A DNA stretch of 42,533 bases from Perkinsus olseni (Eukaryota): NCBI GenBank assembly GCA_013115125.1, contig JABANN010000287.1, positions 1-42,533 on the forward strand, written 5' to 3'. How positions within the stretch are numbered: position 1 is the first letter of the stretch; the number at the start of each line of letters is the position of its first letter. Shown in pieces: positions 24,746 through 36,272 of the stretch. Made by a program: the position numbers and the translations under genes. The notes under the pieces are model-generated. The model ran no database searches and was not told where the DNA came from. It saw only the letters and a program-made list of their open reading frames with translations.

Positions 24746-25518
24746 CTATGGTGATTCCTCGTACCTTAAAATCTCGGCTCCATTCTGCTCTAGTAGTTCA
24801 ATAGCTCTGTCTTTTTTTTCAATGAGAAATTTCTCAAGCCAAGCTCTACCACTATTCTCGTACTCGACCTTCGGGCGAGTCTCAATGAATTCGAGCAGCT
24901 CTCTGCACTGACGACCGTTCATGACGTCATCGATCCGTTTTTTGAGTTCATCCATGATATGAGCAAAAGGGAAGATCTCCGCGAATGTGCTTTTTATATA
25001 ACCCGCCGAACCCTTTATCGTGCCTGCTGCCGGGCCATTACTGTACTGTAGCCAAGCGTTCCCGTTGGGCTTCTCCCTGACAACACGCAATCAGAATGAG
25101 ATCCCGTCCGCGGGAGGTCAGCTCCCGGAGCTGAGTATCGCTCCAGTGTCACCTGTATTCGAAGGAATTGATACCTGCTCCGGCTGAGTCTTCCCATACA
25201 TTGACTATAACCGCGATACTGTCGCCATCGAAGAAATCGCGAAGAACACTGAGCTCGCTTCTTGGATAGAAAATCCTACACATTCTCCTAGAGGAGGATA
25301 TCTGAACGACACGACTGAACAGTCGTTTCCCGGGGCTATGTTGTACCTTCACCGCTCCGTCACGGATTGCGTCGCCAGCCTGAAGGATATTCAATGAGGA
25401 TGCTGGCAGTGGCAGAACGCTGTGTCCTCGCTGTTACCTGGATCTTGCCGGACTGCATCTCAATCGCCGTGGTTAGAGCTAAAGTTGAGAGTAAAGCCCA
25501 GCAGTTGACACGGAGCAT
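24746..25518 (-). CDS. Predicted secreted protein of unknown function, at least 3 exons
   Basis: Signal-peptide-like MLRVNCWALLSTLALTTA. GT-AG introns at 25437-25380 (58 nt) and 25152-25077 (76 nt) restore one frame: SGKIQ|AGDAIRDG ... NSFEYR|EKPNGNAWLQY ... EILRYEESP*. Confidence 0.75.
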
Positions 25519-26271
25519 CGCAAATGCCGGATTGGAAACAGCGAACTCAAATGAACTCCGTGACTTCCCAGCTAGCGAGGCATCTTCAGTGAAGAATTCG
25601 GGGTTGAATTATCCCGACCTTCTTTAGAGTGTTCAGAAATCAAAAATCAAGTGAGTTCAGAGTGAATTACGCGAAGAATATCAACGCCCCTAGGCCCCAT
25701 TCACTCGATTCGAATTCCAAGCAGGCACATTTTCTGACCGGATAGAGAGGGGCGGATGCGCTACCAGTGTCCCGTTGTCACTCATTAGTAACGAGCTAGG
25801 GCGGGCTATGAGGGCGCTTACTAAACGCCGCTTAGCGCCCGGGGCTCGGCGCTATCAATCACGAGATTCATTTTCGACGGAGACCGGCATTCGGGGGAGT
25901 GCGATAAGTTTCGAGTTCTTCTTAGCAGTGCTGTTGGACTCCTGTCAGTCGCAAGTTCATCGGAAAAACTACGCATGACGTCGATCTCTGTCCGTTACCC
26001 CACGGATCGCCGGGGCGGGCCTTGGCCCAAAAGGCGTCTCCGCAGAGTGTGAATCGATGATATATTCCGATTGAGCTCCTGAGAACTCCCTGGATGTTCA
26101 TAAGCCAGCGCGGCAGGGGCCACCGCCCGCGAGGAAATTATTAACCTTGACAGTTTCGAGCAGAATGTTAAATCAAAGGCGAGCGAGAACGAAAGCGACG
26201 GAGGCGCATGTGATGGTCTCATTGCAGCTCAGGTTGGTCATTGCAGCTGGCGTGAAATGTTGTGATGTTCA

Positions 26272-26773
26272 GGGATCCTCAGGCGCGGGGAAGCGCGGAG
26301 GGTGGCGGGACTCCCGCCGCGGGAGAGTCTACCGTGGTGGGATTTTTGGCTGATAGCAGATGGTTCGTACAAGAGCAGCTTAATGATGGTATCTTCTGTT
26401 TGACGTAGATGATCATCCTTGCTTTTTGTATCCTTGCTCGCGCTTGCTTCATCCTTGCTTTCATAGAAAGTCGTTGATGTGCTCTTGCTTGAACCGGGCT
26501 CGTGCTCGTGCTTTTTCCTTATTTCTCGCTACTCAGTGTTCGCATGCAGATCTCTCATCTTGCTCGCGCTCTGCGAGTGGCGGAGTCCCGACATTCGCCG
26601 ATACATACACAGCCATGAAGAAATTGAAGTCACCAGGCGTAGTCCTGCTTGGAGATAAAGTGCCTCAAGTCGAATTCTCGGCTCTCTCTCTAGTCGCTGA
26701 GGTGAGGCTTTAGGCTATTCCGTTTCGGCTCTGCACTACTCCCAGTTTCGTGTCATCACACGTGGAAGGCGTG
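26272..26773 (+). pseudogene. Partial genomic duplicate (exons and introns) of the 3' part of the RRM gene
   Basis: Aligns with ~22165-22609 (RWFVQEQLNDGIFCL; PTFADTYTAMKKL.SPGVVLLGDKVPQVEFSA). The acceptor before FPT is lost, there is a frameshifting CT-rich insertion near 26683, and homology ends after GAAGGCGTG. Confidence 0.85.
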
Positions 26774-27060
26774 TGATGACTCATAATCATGGGTAGAATG
26801 AGTTTGGCGCTAACATTTTCGAATCAAGCTAGTTATTAGGTGCTTCCTCAGTTGCCGTACGGCATTTGGATCGAAATTGAATATAAATTGCACTTACAGC
26901 TGAAACGTGCGATTGCGCTGGCCGTGATGAGTCGTGACGTGACGTGGTGAAGTGGAGGCTGTGATGTTTAGTCATGCAATGCTCGTTATTGAGGGCAGTT
27001 TCGATCGATAAGTCGTGATCTTCTGAAAATTTTCTAACTTTCGATTTCTCCCCAGCCATG

Positions 27061-27160
27061 TGTGTGTGAGTTTGAAGTGCAACGCCAAGAAGCGGCTTAG
27101 TCAGATTAGCACCGATGTATCTTGTTTCAAGAGGGATGAGTTTTGGCAAGTTTATTGATC
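27061..27160 (+). mobile_element. Dispersed short repeat (SINE-like), copy 1
   Basis: GTGTGTGAGTTTGAAGTGCAACGCC...CGGCTTAGTCAGATTAGCACCGATGTATCTTGTTTCAAGAGGGATGAGTT is homologous to the reverse complements of 28567-28627, 29303-29377 and 40698-40792. Confidence 0.75.
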
Positions 27161-27223
27161 ACAGGAAGTAGCGCTAAGGTAGAGGGCCGGGCAAACCTAA
27201 GATACTTCCTTTTCTCCCGGCAG

Positions 27224-27800
27224 GATCCGCTTCCACAACTGGGGAGGCTGTGCACGACCACGAAACACTAACTCTTCCCACAGTGTGTCGACCACAAGCT
27301 TCATCTCCGAGACCCGAAAGGTCCATATCCTAGAACTTGACTCCCCTCATACCGAGGCTAACACTCTCGATGGCAACCTTTACAGGTAGTCTAAAAAATT
27401 CCCTCGAATTCGGTCGCTTAACGCAGCTCTTGCTTCGCTTTTGCTACAGCCATAGCTGTACATCGACTCACGCATATTGTTATTTGCCCCATCCATGAAG
27501 GGTACTGCCTTCAAACTTGGAAGGTATATGCGCCGCAGCATATAAGCGTACCGACTCAGGCCTCGTGATGCGAGATGATCTCATGGAAGGACAAAACGTT
27601 GCCCTTCCAAGACGTGTCGAGTTCGACGAGTTCGGGTGGGTCAAGTGTGTCACTGGAACAGAGTTTGGGTTCTACGATATTCGAGACTGAATGGAATGAG
27701 TTACAGGGAATCCTCAAATCCTGCCGAGGCAGCGAGGGGAGTCTCACTTTCGTTCTTGCTACTTGTATTCTCCGTGAGTTGATCGAGATCCCAAACCCCG
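27224..27800 (+). CDS. Possible spliced gene fragment, unknown product
   Basis: In-phase GT-AG joins give LDSPHTEANTLDGNLYS|SCFAFATAIAVHRLTHIVICPIHEGYCLQTWK|MISWKDKTLPFQDV...TEWNELQGILKSC. No start codon or family was recognised. Confidence 0.3.
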
Positions 27801-27945
27801 TAGACTATGGGCCGCAGCTGGAGGCTTCCCGAGATCCACGACGTATGTTCCTATCAGCTACTGCGCCCGACAAGCAGTTGTGCGCTACAATTGAACTGAG
27901 CACAACAAAATTCAGCGGTACACCAGCGCAGGGAGACGGAAAACT

Positions 27946-30900
27946 TCATGCAGATAATCGGCTCCAACTCAGAACGTTTCCGTCATCGCCGGCGCCGATG
28001 AGACCGTCTTGGACGACACCGAAGCACCTGCAGTCAGAAAGTACCCCCAGTGATCAGAGCGTTTATAGGAAGTTATTGCATAGTCCCCGACCTCACCGAA
28101 GGGCATTCTCGGCTACTTTCTCGTGATAGCGGAGTTGGCCAGTTGTGATATCTCGCACAGCCACGGTTCCGTCCCCACCAGCAGTACACAACTGAGTCAA
28201 CGGTACTGCTGATCCTTGAAATTCCATGAGCGACAAATACGACCGGTGTGGCTCAGCCCGAAGGGCAAGTGTCGCCGTGAACCCTTCGCTGAGTTGTAAC
28301 GGACATGAAGTTAGTTGCTCACCTGCGTCCCAAGAAGTATCGATGCATAGATGAAGTTCTCATGATCCTTTTCCCATCTGCTCGCGAGGGAGAAATCCAT
28401 CCTCGCGTCCAACACCTTCAAGAAAAGCTTCTTAGACGCTAAAATTTGCTTCGGAGTGCAAAAAAATAAGAATAACATTGACAAGATTCTACTGGACTAT
28501 TCGAGACATTGAAAATTACCATTCAATTCCGGTCTTCATCAGACCCGAGTTTAGTTTCAAGAGCGGTACGTCGTTGCTGATCTAACTAAGCCGTACTGTC
28601 GGCGTTGGACTTTAAACTCACACACACCAGAGTTGGGTTTCGAGAGCGCCTCCAGGATCGACTTTTCCACTATACATTCAATCCTGGGGGCGTTCTTGAA
28701 ATATTGCGGAGGTCTATAGAACACTCAGAATGGCGACCGTCGTCGAAATAATCGAAGCAAGGAACTCACATTCACAACCCCATCGGCGCCAACAGTGATG
28801 AGGCTGTCTTCATCACGACTCGCGTGTATGTCGCTCACGGCAGCTCCTTTGACGTGGAGATCTTGAAGTCGCTTCAGTGGACGTCGGGTATCAGAACGCG
28901 GGTCCCAGACGCATATCACACTATCTTGTCCGCCCGAAACGATTAACCTTCGAAGGCCAATCACGCAACCACGCTGCCAAGCCACAGACAGGCGTCAATC
29001 TGACGCCACGCGCTGCTGACGTGTGGCAACAGCATCAGCGTCTCGATGCATTCTAAGCGAGCACCAGTCGTAGACCGACTATCTCACCGTGAGGCTGGAT
29101 AAACTCGCGGTTTCTAAAACCCGTTTATGTCTCACCTTGTGTCTTGCAGGGACTTCAATGCAGTAATGTGACCTTTCGAATGCCCTCGCAAACAGGCCAC
29201 CTGAATGATAGTCAAATTCAAACAGGACTAATTGCTAGACGGTCTAGCCTAGACCAACTCTAGCTTGATGAAGAGAGCCTATTTAACAGGCTGAGCTAAT
29301 ACCCCTCAGATGGTACATCAGTACTAGTCCAACTAAGCCGTACTGTCGTAGGCGTTGGACTTTAAACTCACACACACTAGACCAACGATATGGAACAGTC
29401 GAATACTCTACCTAATTCGAAGCCCGCGGAGAGTGTCATCTGGTAACGTCGAGAGTCATCCGGGGCACTCCAGTGAATGGCCACAAGCTATCGATGGCGT
29501 ACCTCAGTCGCGGGGTGGGCGTCCCAGATCCTTGCGGTTGAATCTCTCCCACCGGAAACTATGCCGTAATTGGGGCAGACTATGAAGTCTAGTACCTGAA
29601 AGAAGTCGCCTTATCCATTCTGTTGTATCACTTTCCCCTCACAGGCCCGGAGTGACCTCGAAGGACAGCGTCGCACGTGAAGCCGCGGTCCCGACTGCCA
29701 GTCTTGCTGCGCCAAATGCGTAGAGATCGGTCGTAGCTGGAGCTCACTAGAGCTGACCTGAGTCGGACCACACTCGTTGACACCAAGTTGAGAGTTGAAC
29801 TTCCGCCGAGCAGCGTCATACACCAGAAAGTCGAAGTTTCGCCGTCCGCGCCCTAGAAAATGTTCAGGAAAATCTGACGGCTACCTCGAGCTGACAATGC
29901 CGTTGAACTCGGCCCTTCTGATCAAGACCGTCGTCTCACGAACAATTAGCTTCATTCAAATCACCTCTCTCGATATTGCACTGCATGAGTTGCGCGGTCA
30001 CGCTGAGAACCTTGCTCACCCGTCCTTGTAGGCTCGAAGCCGGGATATCGACCCGACATGTTCTCGCAGATCCACACAGCTGACGCCTGTTCTGTTCCAG
30101 ATGCATATCTTGGAGTCCATGCCACCCGAAGCGATTCGACCATCCGGAAGATGCGTGACGGTGGTTACCTTACAAGACAAGGTTAGACTAATATTAAGAT
30201 GAACAGCTTGAGTCCGACCCATTCAGTGTGGCCGAATCGTTTGGAGTACAACTCCCGAGTCTGCCGGCCTGTTCGTACACTTATCACTTTCACGCCATGG
30301 TCCGTGCAACCCACAGCAACCTCGTCATCTTTGACCTGATCATGAGGTTTCGAGGGTTCACCGATGATTACTCGTTCTCCTCGAGAAATCATAGCCCCCC
30401 TGTGATAAGAACACATCATTGACTGTTGTGTTCTCATAAAAATGACCGATGATCAGTCACTCTCACGAGGTTGGCTAAGAGAGAAAGAACCGAAGAAGTA
30501 ATGCCAGCTCAACTGGCTGAACTGGCCGTGATACCTTTGTAAGTTAATCGGCGAGCGAGTCCCTTCGCCTCACTGAAAGACATAAGAGCGGCCTATCCGA
30601 GACGTCGATCTTCACCGGCTTCGTATCGAAGCACGACGCGAGGGAAATAGTGGAGCCTTCCTCTACTCCACTGGCCTCGAGAGCTCCGACGCCGCCAGAA
30701 GAACACCAGGACTCGAGAGGGACGGTCCCCGAATGGGAATCCTTCCTCGAAGCATAGGCGTTGAGATAAGGGTCATCGTCTGTCCGGACTCCCTGTGCCT
30801 CAAGTGCCTCTCCAAACGAACGCATATAGTCGCCAGTTTTGTCGACGCTGTCTTGCGGCGATTCTCGGAGCCTTCGCAAGATGTCTCGGCCGTCCGGAGT

Positions 30901-31149
30901 CCTGAATGATGCGCGGAGTTGTGTATGAGCGAGGGGTCATCAGCGCTTCTCCAGAACGACCCACCTCAAAGGTAGATAGAGGCCATCACGCAAACGGACA
31001 AATGCCTCATCATCAGAGGGGACAGCTTCGATCACTTCTGAGCATTCAGCGAAGCGGCCTGATCCTTCCTTCGCATCGAAGGACGGCTTTGTTCGATAGG
31101 CAATCCCGCAGCGCGGCAGCACTTCGTAAGCTACTGTCTCAACAGTCAT
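27946..31149 (-). CDS. WD40-repeat protein with an N-terminal extension, multi-exon
   Basis: WD repeats FGHTEW|VTTVTHLPDGRIASGGMDSKICIWN, LVSSSYDRSLRIWR...LRGHSGPV, LIVSGGQDSVICVWD, LITVGADGVVN|VLD, LCTAGGDGTVAVRD and LIGAGDDGNVLSW. Stop at 27946-27948. Tentative start MTVETVAYEVLPRCGIAYR at 31149. Confidence 0.88.
28567..28627 (-). mobile_element. Dispersed short repeat (SINE-like), copy 2, in a WD40 intron
   Basis: TACGTCGTTGCTGATCTAACTAAGCCGTACTGTCGGCGTTGGACTTTAAACTCACACACAC, near-identical to copy 3 over ~45 bp. Confidence 0.75.
29303..29377 (-). mobile_element. Dispersed short repeat (SINE-like), copy 3, in a WD40 intron
   Basis: AACTAAGCCGTACTGTCGTAGGCGTTGGACTTTAAACTCACACACAC differs from copy 2 by a 3-nt indel. 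Confidence 0.75.
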
Positions 31150-31311
31150 GAGGCCAGAGCAAACTGAACGATGCTGAACCGTCTCGACCAGAGGCGAGAG
31201 CCAGGCTCGTGAACTTTCGGTCAACATACTCGGGGAGTTTACTGCAGATGAGTTTCTGCTAGTGGCTCTCTACGAGCTTTTATGGATTTCCCCGTGCCAT
31301 CACTCGAGGCC

Positions 31312-33022
31312 TCAGATGATAACCGGCACCTAACCGGATATAGTATATCCGTGCCGTGAGAATATGTCCACGGACTTCTTCTCCTTTATTGAAGTCTTCG
31401 AGTTGATGAGTTTTCTCCCCTGTTACAACTTTCGACACAACAGATGGGATATACTCTGAAACCCTCTTTCCATGCGCAGCAATAGCTTTCTTGAGTCCTG
31501 AAAAGTCCAACTCCGGACTCCGATGCCGCGATTGGTAGCGCTTGAGCTCGATCGAATGCTGATTGGATGGTGGTTGATCGGAGGAGTGCACTGGCTGAGA
31601 ACACGAGGAGCAATAAATCTGCGTGAATCACCGACGCTTCGTCGATAGAGCTGGGCAACCGTACTGGATTTGAGGGAAGTACGGTACGGAGTACGTTTCA
31701 AACTGTGAACCTAGTACGGGTACGGAGAACTAGTACGTATTGAATATATTAAATAACGCATACGTGTATTAAATTACGTTGTACTTCAAGTACGGCGTGC
31801 TAGTACGGTACTTGGGAACCGCTGAGACGGATAGTACGGGTACGGAGCCGTACTCGTACTACCCGCACCGTACTCCGTACTAGACCGTACCCGTACTGCC
31901 GCCCACCTCTATTCGTCGATGATTCATCGAAGGGCGCCAACTCAGCATCTCCAATCAAGCGACATACATCCCACGCACAGCGGACCAAGAAATGGAGGAA
32001 AGGCAACCCCTTACTCGCACAGAGACCGCTCGAAATTGTCTGGGGCGGCCCGGATCATCAACAACCCGGAAGGAGACGCGTGCACCTAAGGTAAGAGATT
32101 GCAACATCCCAGTGCAGTCAGACGAGAGAACTTCCATTCGAACGATTGAACGATCTGAGGAGTCTCGATAAAGCAGACTCAAATGGAGCGAATCCATGAC
32201 GCATCGTCAAATCCCCAAGCTTCACAGGTACCCAAGCGTACAGTCCGTCCCAACATGAAAGCCAAGTCGAAAGCGGCGCAGGGGTTGTCATCACCTTCAA
32301 GACGATAAATTCGCAGCGGGAGATATCAACAGCTCACCAGCCTCAAGAGTCCTCGATACTCCGGTAGTAGAGGTCGGCCAATCGACATCATTCCGATGCA
32401 CGAAGACATCCCGCAGCCCCTGTCCGCCAGGCAGGAGACTCTCAGGAGAGATGAAGCCGTAGCCTTGGTAACGATCATATCTGAGGTCGACGCATGAGAT
32501 CCGCGGGTCACGCGAGGGAGCACTGCGGCTCGGGCTGGCAATTAGGACAGCGGCGTCATACTAGGTGGACGACCGAGGGACTCACTGGGATACATAACCG
32601 ATGAACCGTGACTCTGTTCGCTGCGATGTGCTAGAGAGTCCTCGAGTCGCAAGGAGAAGTCGGAGCTTCGAAGTATTGGTTCGCGCTACCGCGACGAGTG
32701 CTGCCATATTAATAGTGACTGCAAACTGGCGGGACCACAACAGTAACATCCGATCTATTGGAGCCCTTCATTCTGGGTCCAAATAAAAGAGAGGTAGCCG
32801 TAATCGGGATGGCAGAGCCCGGAGCGAACGAGGTGCCACTAGACCTATATGGGAACTGCTCGATTTGATGACCCGATTCGGAGGCATCTTGGTACCCGTG
32901 AAGCCTTTAGCTGAGAGAACTTCAGCTCGTACAATCTTGGCCTCGAATCGTGGTACGCCTTCGATGCCGATATCCCGAAGAAAAATAGCAGAGCGTACAG
33001 ACTCTACCTCAGCACGAGCCAT
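31312..33022 (-). CDS. Uncharacterised multi-exon protein with a cold-shock/OB-fold-like segment and a CxxC motif
   Basis: Start MARAEVESVRSAIFLRDIGIEG. Contains LQSLTLGARVSFRVVDDPGRPRQFRAVSVR|MLSWRPSMNHRRIE|IYCSSCSQPVHSSDQ...ELDFSGLKKAIAAHGK. Stop at 31312 if a last intron is used, otherwise 31280. Confidence 0.55.
31659..31898. repeat. GTACGG-rich insertion flanked by the 8-bp direct repeat CCGTACTG
   Basis: CCGTACTG at 31659-31666 and 31891-31898. The interior carries many GTACG(G)/CCGTAC units in both orientations. Confidence 0.85.
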
Positions 33023-33486
33023 GATCTAGATACCAAGATTCTCGGTGGCTCAGGAGTTAACAGTCTCGCTGGCTCGTAGCTGTTTACGAGCATCGCTACC
33101 GTAAGCACTTCGACCAGTGGGGATGGGTGCCCGACCCTCATATCCGGCTACTCCACTGTCTAAGGATTTGTTGCGTTCCTGAGAAGGTTTGTGCAAGTTC
33201 GATATGCCCTATCGAATTATGAGCTGAAACGCTGGTACCATATGCTAACACATACACATACGGTAACACTATATCAACTCATCTGCTCCATCCTTCAACA
33301 TGTGTCGAAAATAGTGGAAAAATACTTTTTCTAAGACTTTGTGGCACAGTGTACTGCCGCGACCCTCGCGAGATTAAAAACTCTATCCAACGCGAATTCT
33401 CATCAACTGTGAAGGAGCTTACTGCTCTACGTGGTGGTTGCTGATACGAAGCTCTAAGACTTGGGAAAAGCGAAAGTATAACAGGC

Positions 33487-34701
33487 CTAGCCAGAGACTC
33501 CCTCGAGAGCACGACGGTGATACTCCACAGCCTCCTCATCGAGGATTCCGCTTCTCTTATAGTATTCAATAAGAAACGCCTCACAGTCGTGGCCACCAGT
33601 CCCACGGATTTCCATCCGAGGCTGGGGCTCAACAAAAAACGGTATCGAGTATCTTGGGTTGGAGCATGTCTCCGGCCGAATGACTCGGTGAATGTTGGAC
33701 TTATACAATCCCTCAGTAATCTGCATCATCATATCACCAACATTAACAACGAAGAAATCTGAGTCGGCGTTGGGCGGCACGTCGATCCAGTGTGCCCCTT
33801 CAGGCGACAGTACTTGCAGACCACCAGAACCGTCTTGAAGTAGGATAGTGAGCAGACCGTAGTCTCTATGAGCACCAATCCCTATGCTCTCTCCGCTAGG
33901 TAGCTTGCCGGCTTGATTTCCCTTGCCCGGCGGGTAATGGAGCATCCTCAGAGTGCTGATCATGTTCTCAGAATTACAGTGAGAGGCCAAGCCTGGGGCC
34001 AGGTTGTGGTACCGCTGCAAGGCGACCTCGGTAAGAGCGATCAGATAACTCGAAAGCTCGATAACGTCCTCGTAATATGCAGTAACAAAACCCTTAAAAT
34101 TCTCGGCGGTGACGTCCTTGTCACCACTCACATAGTAAAAATTCGAGCCCTCCATCAACTGATCAGCCGACAGCTGAGAGTCTTCATAGTAATAGCAGCT
34201 GTCCTCTGCGTCGGACGGCGTCGAAGCATGCGTGCTCCTACCAGGAGACACAGGGCAGCGGCGCGAGTTCAGCTCGAGCGGCCACCTGTTGAGCTTCGGG
34301 TCACAGAAAAGTCTGCCAACGACGGAACCCCGATGGAAACCCGATGGTGGCGGATATTCTCGACCGACCTCCCAACCTTCCTTCGAGTCAATAACCTTCT
34401 TGTTGGAGATGGCTTCCTTGGTATCCTGGATGGAGGTGAGACCTTCAATATTCTCGCCACCCACGCCAAAGTAACCGCGGATAGAGTGCGGCAGAGGGCT
34501 CAGGGAGGTGCGTTTTTCGCTACCGTCCACGCTGAACAGGGCCGATGCCATTCGGAGAGCCGTCCGATTCCTCGAGGCAGGGAACTTGGGGGCATTTTTG
34601 ATAATCATGAACCCCAGAGTACTCATAGCGTGATCGACAGCCTCCACAGTGTCGAGGAACGAGGAGGAGAGGTCGACCACAGGAATGGTCGTTATTGACA
34701 T
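33487..34701 (-). CDS. Intronless 2OG-Fe(II) dioxygenase (IPNS/DIOX family), 404 aa from the likely start
   Basis: MSITTIPVVDLS, LGFMIIKN, RGYFGVGGE, DSKEGWEVG, NRWP, TLRMLHYPP, GIGAHRDYGLLTILLQDGSGGLQV, FFVVNVGDMMMQITEGLYKSNIHRV and RYSIPFF give a full HxD...H...RxS set. Confidence 0.93.
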   Translation of the reverse strand: MSITTIPVVDLSSSFLDTVEAVDHAMSTLGFMIIKNAPKFPASRNRTALRMASALFSVDGSEKRTSLSPLPHSIRGYFGVGGENIEGLTSIQDTKEAISNKKVIDSKEGWEVGREYPPPSGFHRGSVVGRLFCDPKLNRWPLELNSRRCPVSPGRSTHASTPSDAEDSCYYYEDSQLSADQLMEGSNFYYVSGDKDVTAENFKGFVTAYYEDVIELSSYLIALTEVALQRYHNLAPGLASHCNSENMISTLRMLHYPPGKGNQAGKLPSGESIGIGAHRDYGLLTILLQDGSGGLQVLSPEGAHWIDVPPNADSDFFVVNVGDMMMQITEGLYKSNIHRVIRPETCSNPRYSIPFFVEPQPRMEIRGTGGHDCEAFLIEYYKRSGILDEEAVEYHRRALEGVSG

Positions 34702-34825
34702 TGAAAGATAACTGAGATCAGAAGCAGCGTACGCCACTGTGACTAAACTCAAACCTATTATACTGTATAATTTATACAGTTGGCTTATACACTGTGTTCT
34801 GATGAAGGGAATGCAGCACGCAGAC

Positions 34826-34907
34826 ATGAGGCCACTATGCCACATACAGAGATGACTCATCTCAGATGAGGCCACTATGCCACGTTTGGACACGAGGCCA
34901 CTATGCC
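34826..34907. repeat. Three copies of GAGGCCACTATGCC upstream of the intronless dioxygenase
   Basis: Copies at 34828, 34868 and 34894. The palindrome GAGATGA-C-TCATCTC (34849-34863) lies between the first two. Confidence 0.9.
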
Positions 34908-36272
34908 GGGTGATGGGAGAACGGCGGTCGGGAATATTGCGGTACTGAGCCAGAGCCTGAGCACTGCCTTGAGCTGCAGGTGATGCTGCTGCTGCCGTGT
35001 GGCGTTGTGACCTCAGTTGGTACTCAGCGATGTAGCATAGCGGCCCTTATTTTCCCATGCGGCATTTCATTCGTCCCAGACTCTATATCCCGGTGGTGCA
35101 TCACTCTTGAAGTTCCATTGAAGCCGCTCCCAGAGGTAGAGTGCACGCCTGCATATCGGCAACAACACCACTACGCTCGAGCTAAGGCGACTTGACCAGA
35201 AGGAATGAATCCCCGTGTAGCCAAGACGACTCGCAAAATCCAGTCCCGGAAAACGACAGGGTGAACATGCAGCTGAAGCTGAGCGTGCGTTCGACCGCGG
35301 CAAAAACAAAAGTCGACGACTGATCTCTTCGGCGGTGCTGCAGATTTCCGCCACCAGGCTCGAAATTCTCGCAGTTCCTTCGATTAAACCCCCCACTGCT
35401 CGACTTGCAGACTATCATGAAGGGACCGGTAGCACCGCGGCCTCGAACGGCACGCAGCTGAGAGCACGCTCGATGAACTTCCACGTCATTCAGCTGAAGA
35501 TGGAGAGCGAACAACCTCCTTGTCCCGTTCGCACCAAGCGGAACAATCTCGCTCGCCCTAAGCATGCGTGCACCCCATCCCGACCATTGCGACGGGGCAT
35601 TCTCAGCTCACGGCGCCGGCCTCCCACGACACCGGGAACTTGTCGAGCTGCCCGGGTTCGACCACAGATCGACCTAACAGTCATTTCGCACATCCGTGAA
35701 ATCAAAACTGTCTGTTACACAGTTGTACTGCTCTCTGCGAGGACGATGAATCGCCAAGCGATAGTAGGAAACAACGGCATGTAGTAGCACTTACCTCAAC
35801 AGAATCCAGCGTCGAAGAGCACCGGTCCAAATTGCGTTCGTTTACGAAGATTCTTCGAGGTCACTGAGGTTCCCAGCGGTACATCAGGTAAATCTCTTTC
35901 GGCTCATCCGTCGCTCCCCTGCAATCACCGATCTGCTCCGTTCAAGGCCCGCGTGCACTGAACAAGTAGAACCTTGCTCATTAACAGGGCAGGCCGCGTG
36001 ACGCAGCAATCATCAGAACAAAAAAAACCCTAGCAGAGCTGCGCAGTCGGATTGTATTCCTCCCGCTGAGCTCGACTCCGGCCGAACGCAAGAGGACCTT
36101 CATCCTCCTAGTACAACTCATCACCGTCGAATGTCACATGCGAGATACAGCAATGATCTTGGCTGGACCCTAGGTGGAAGGCTCAACACGTAGTTCTCAG
36201 TGAGCTTTGTTCACCATTTGGCACTTTAGTAAACCCTCAGCACCACCACATCATCACGTCGAAGACGAAAAT

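Noticed and set aside
24746-25518. Frameshifted pseudogene or programmed frameshifting
   Set aside because: Two ordinary GT-AG introns (58 and 76 nt) restore a single frame.
27560-27574. In-frame TGA as selenocysteine
   Set aside because: An alternative acceptor at 27573-27574 gives a 51-nt intron that removes the TGA in phase. No SECIS was recognised.
33913-34698. 261-aa plus-strand ORF and other long antisense ORFs such as 1054-1695
   Set aside because: These are shadow ORFs opposite recognisable genes and carry no motifs of their own.
34702-34893. 64-aa N-terminal extension of the dioxygenase in the ORF track
   Set aside because: It starts at a non-ATG codon and crosses a repeat and AT-rich tract. 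The family motif IPVVDLS fits a start at 34701.
34950-36050. Possible additional spliced gene on the minus strand
   Set aside because: Exon-like pieces and splice sites exist, but I could not build a consistent frame or recognise a domain.
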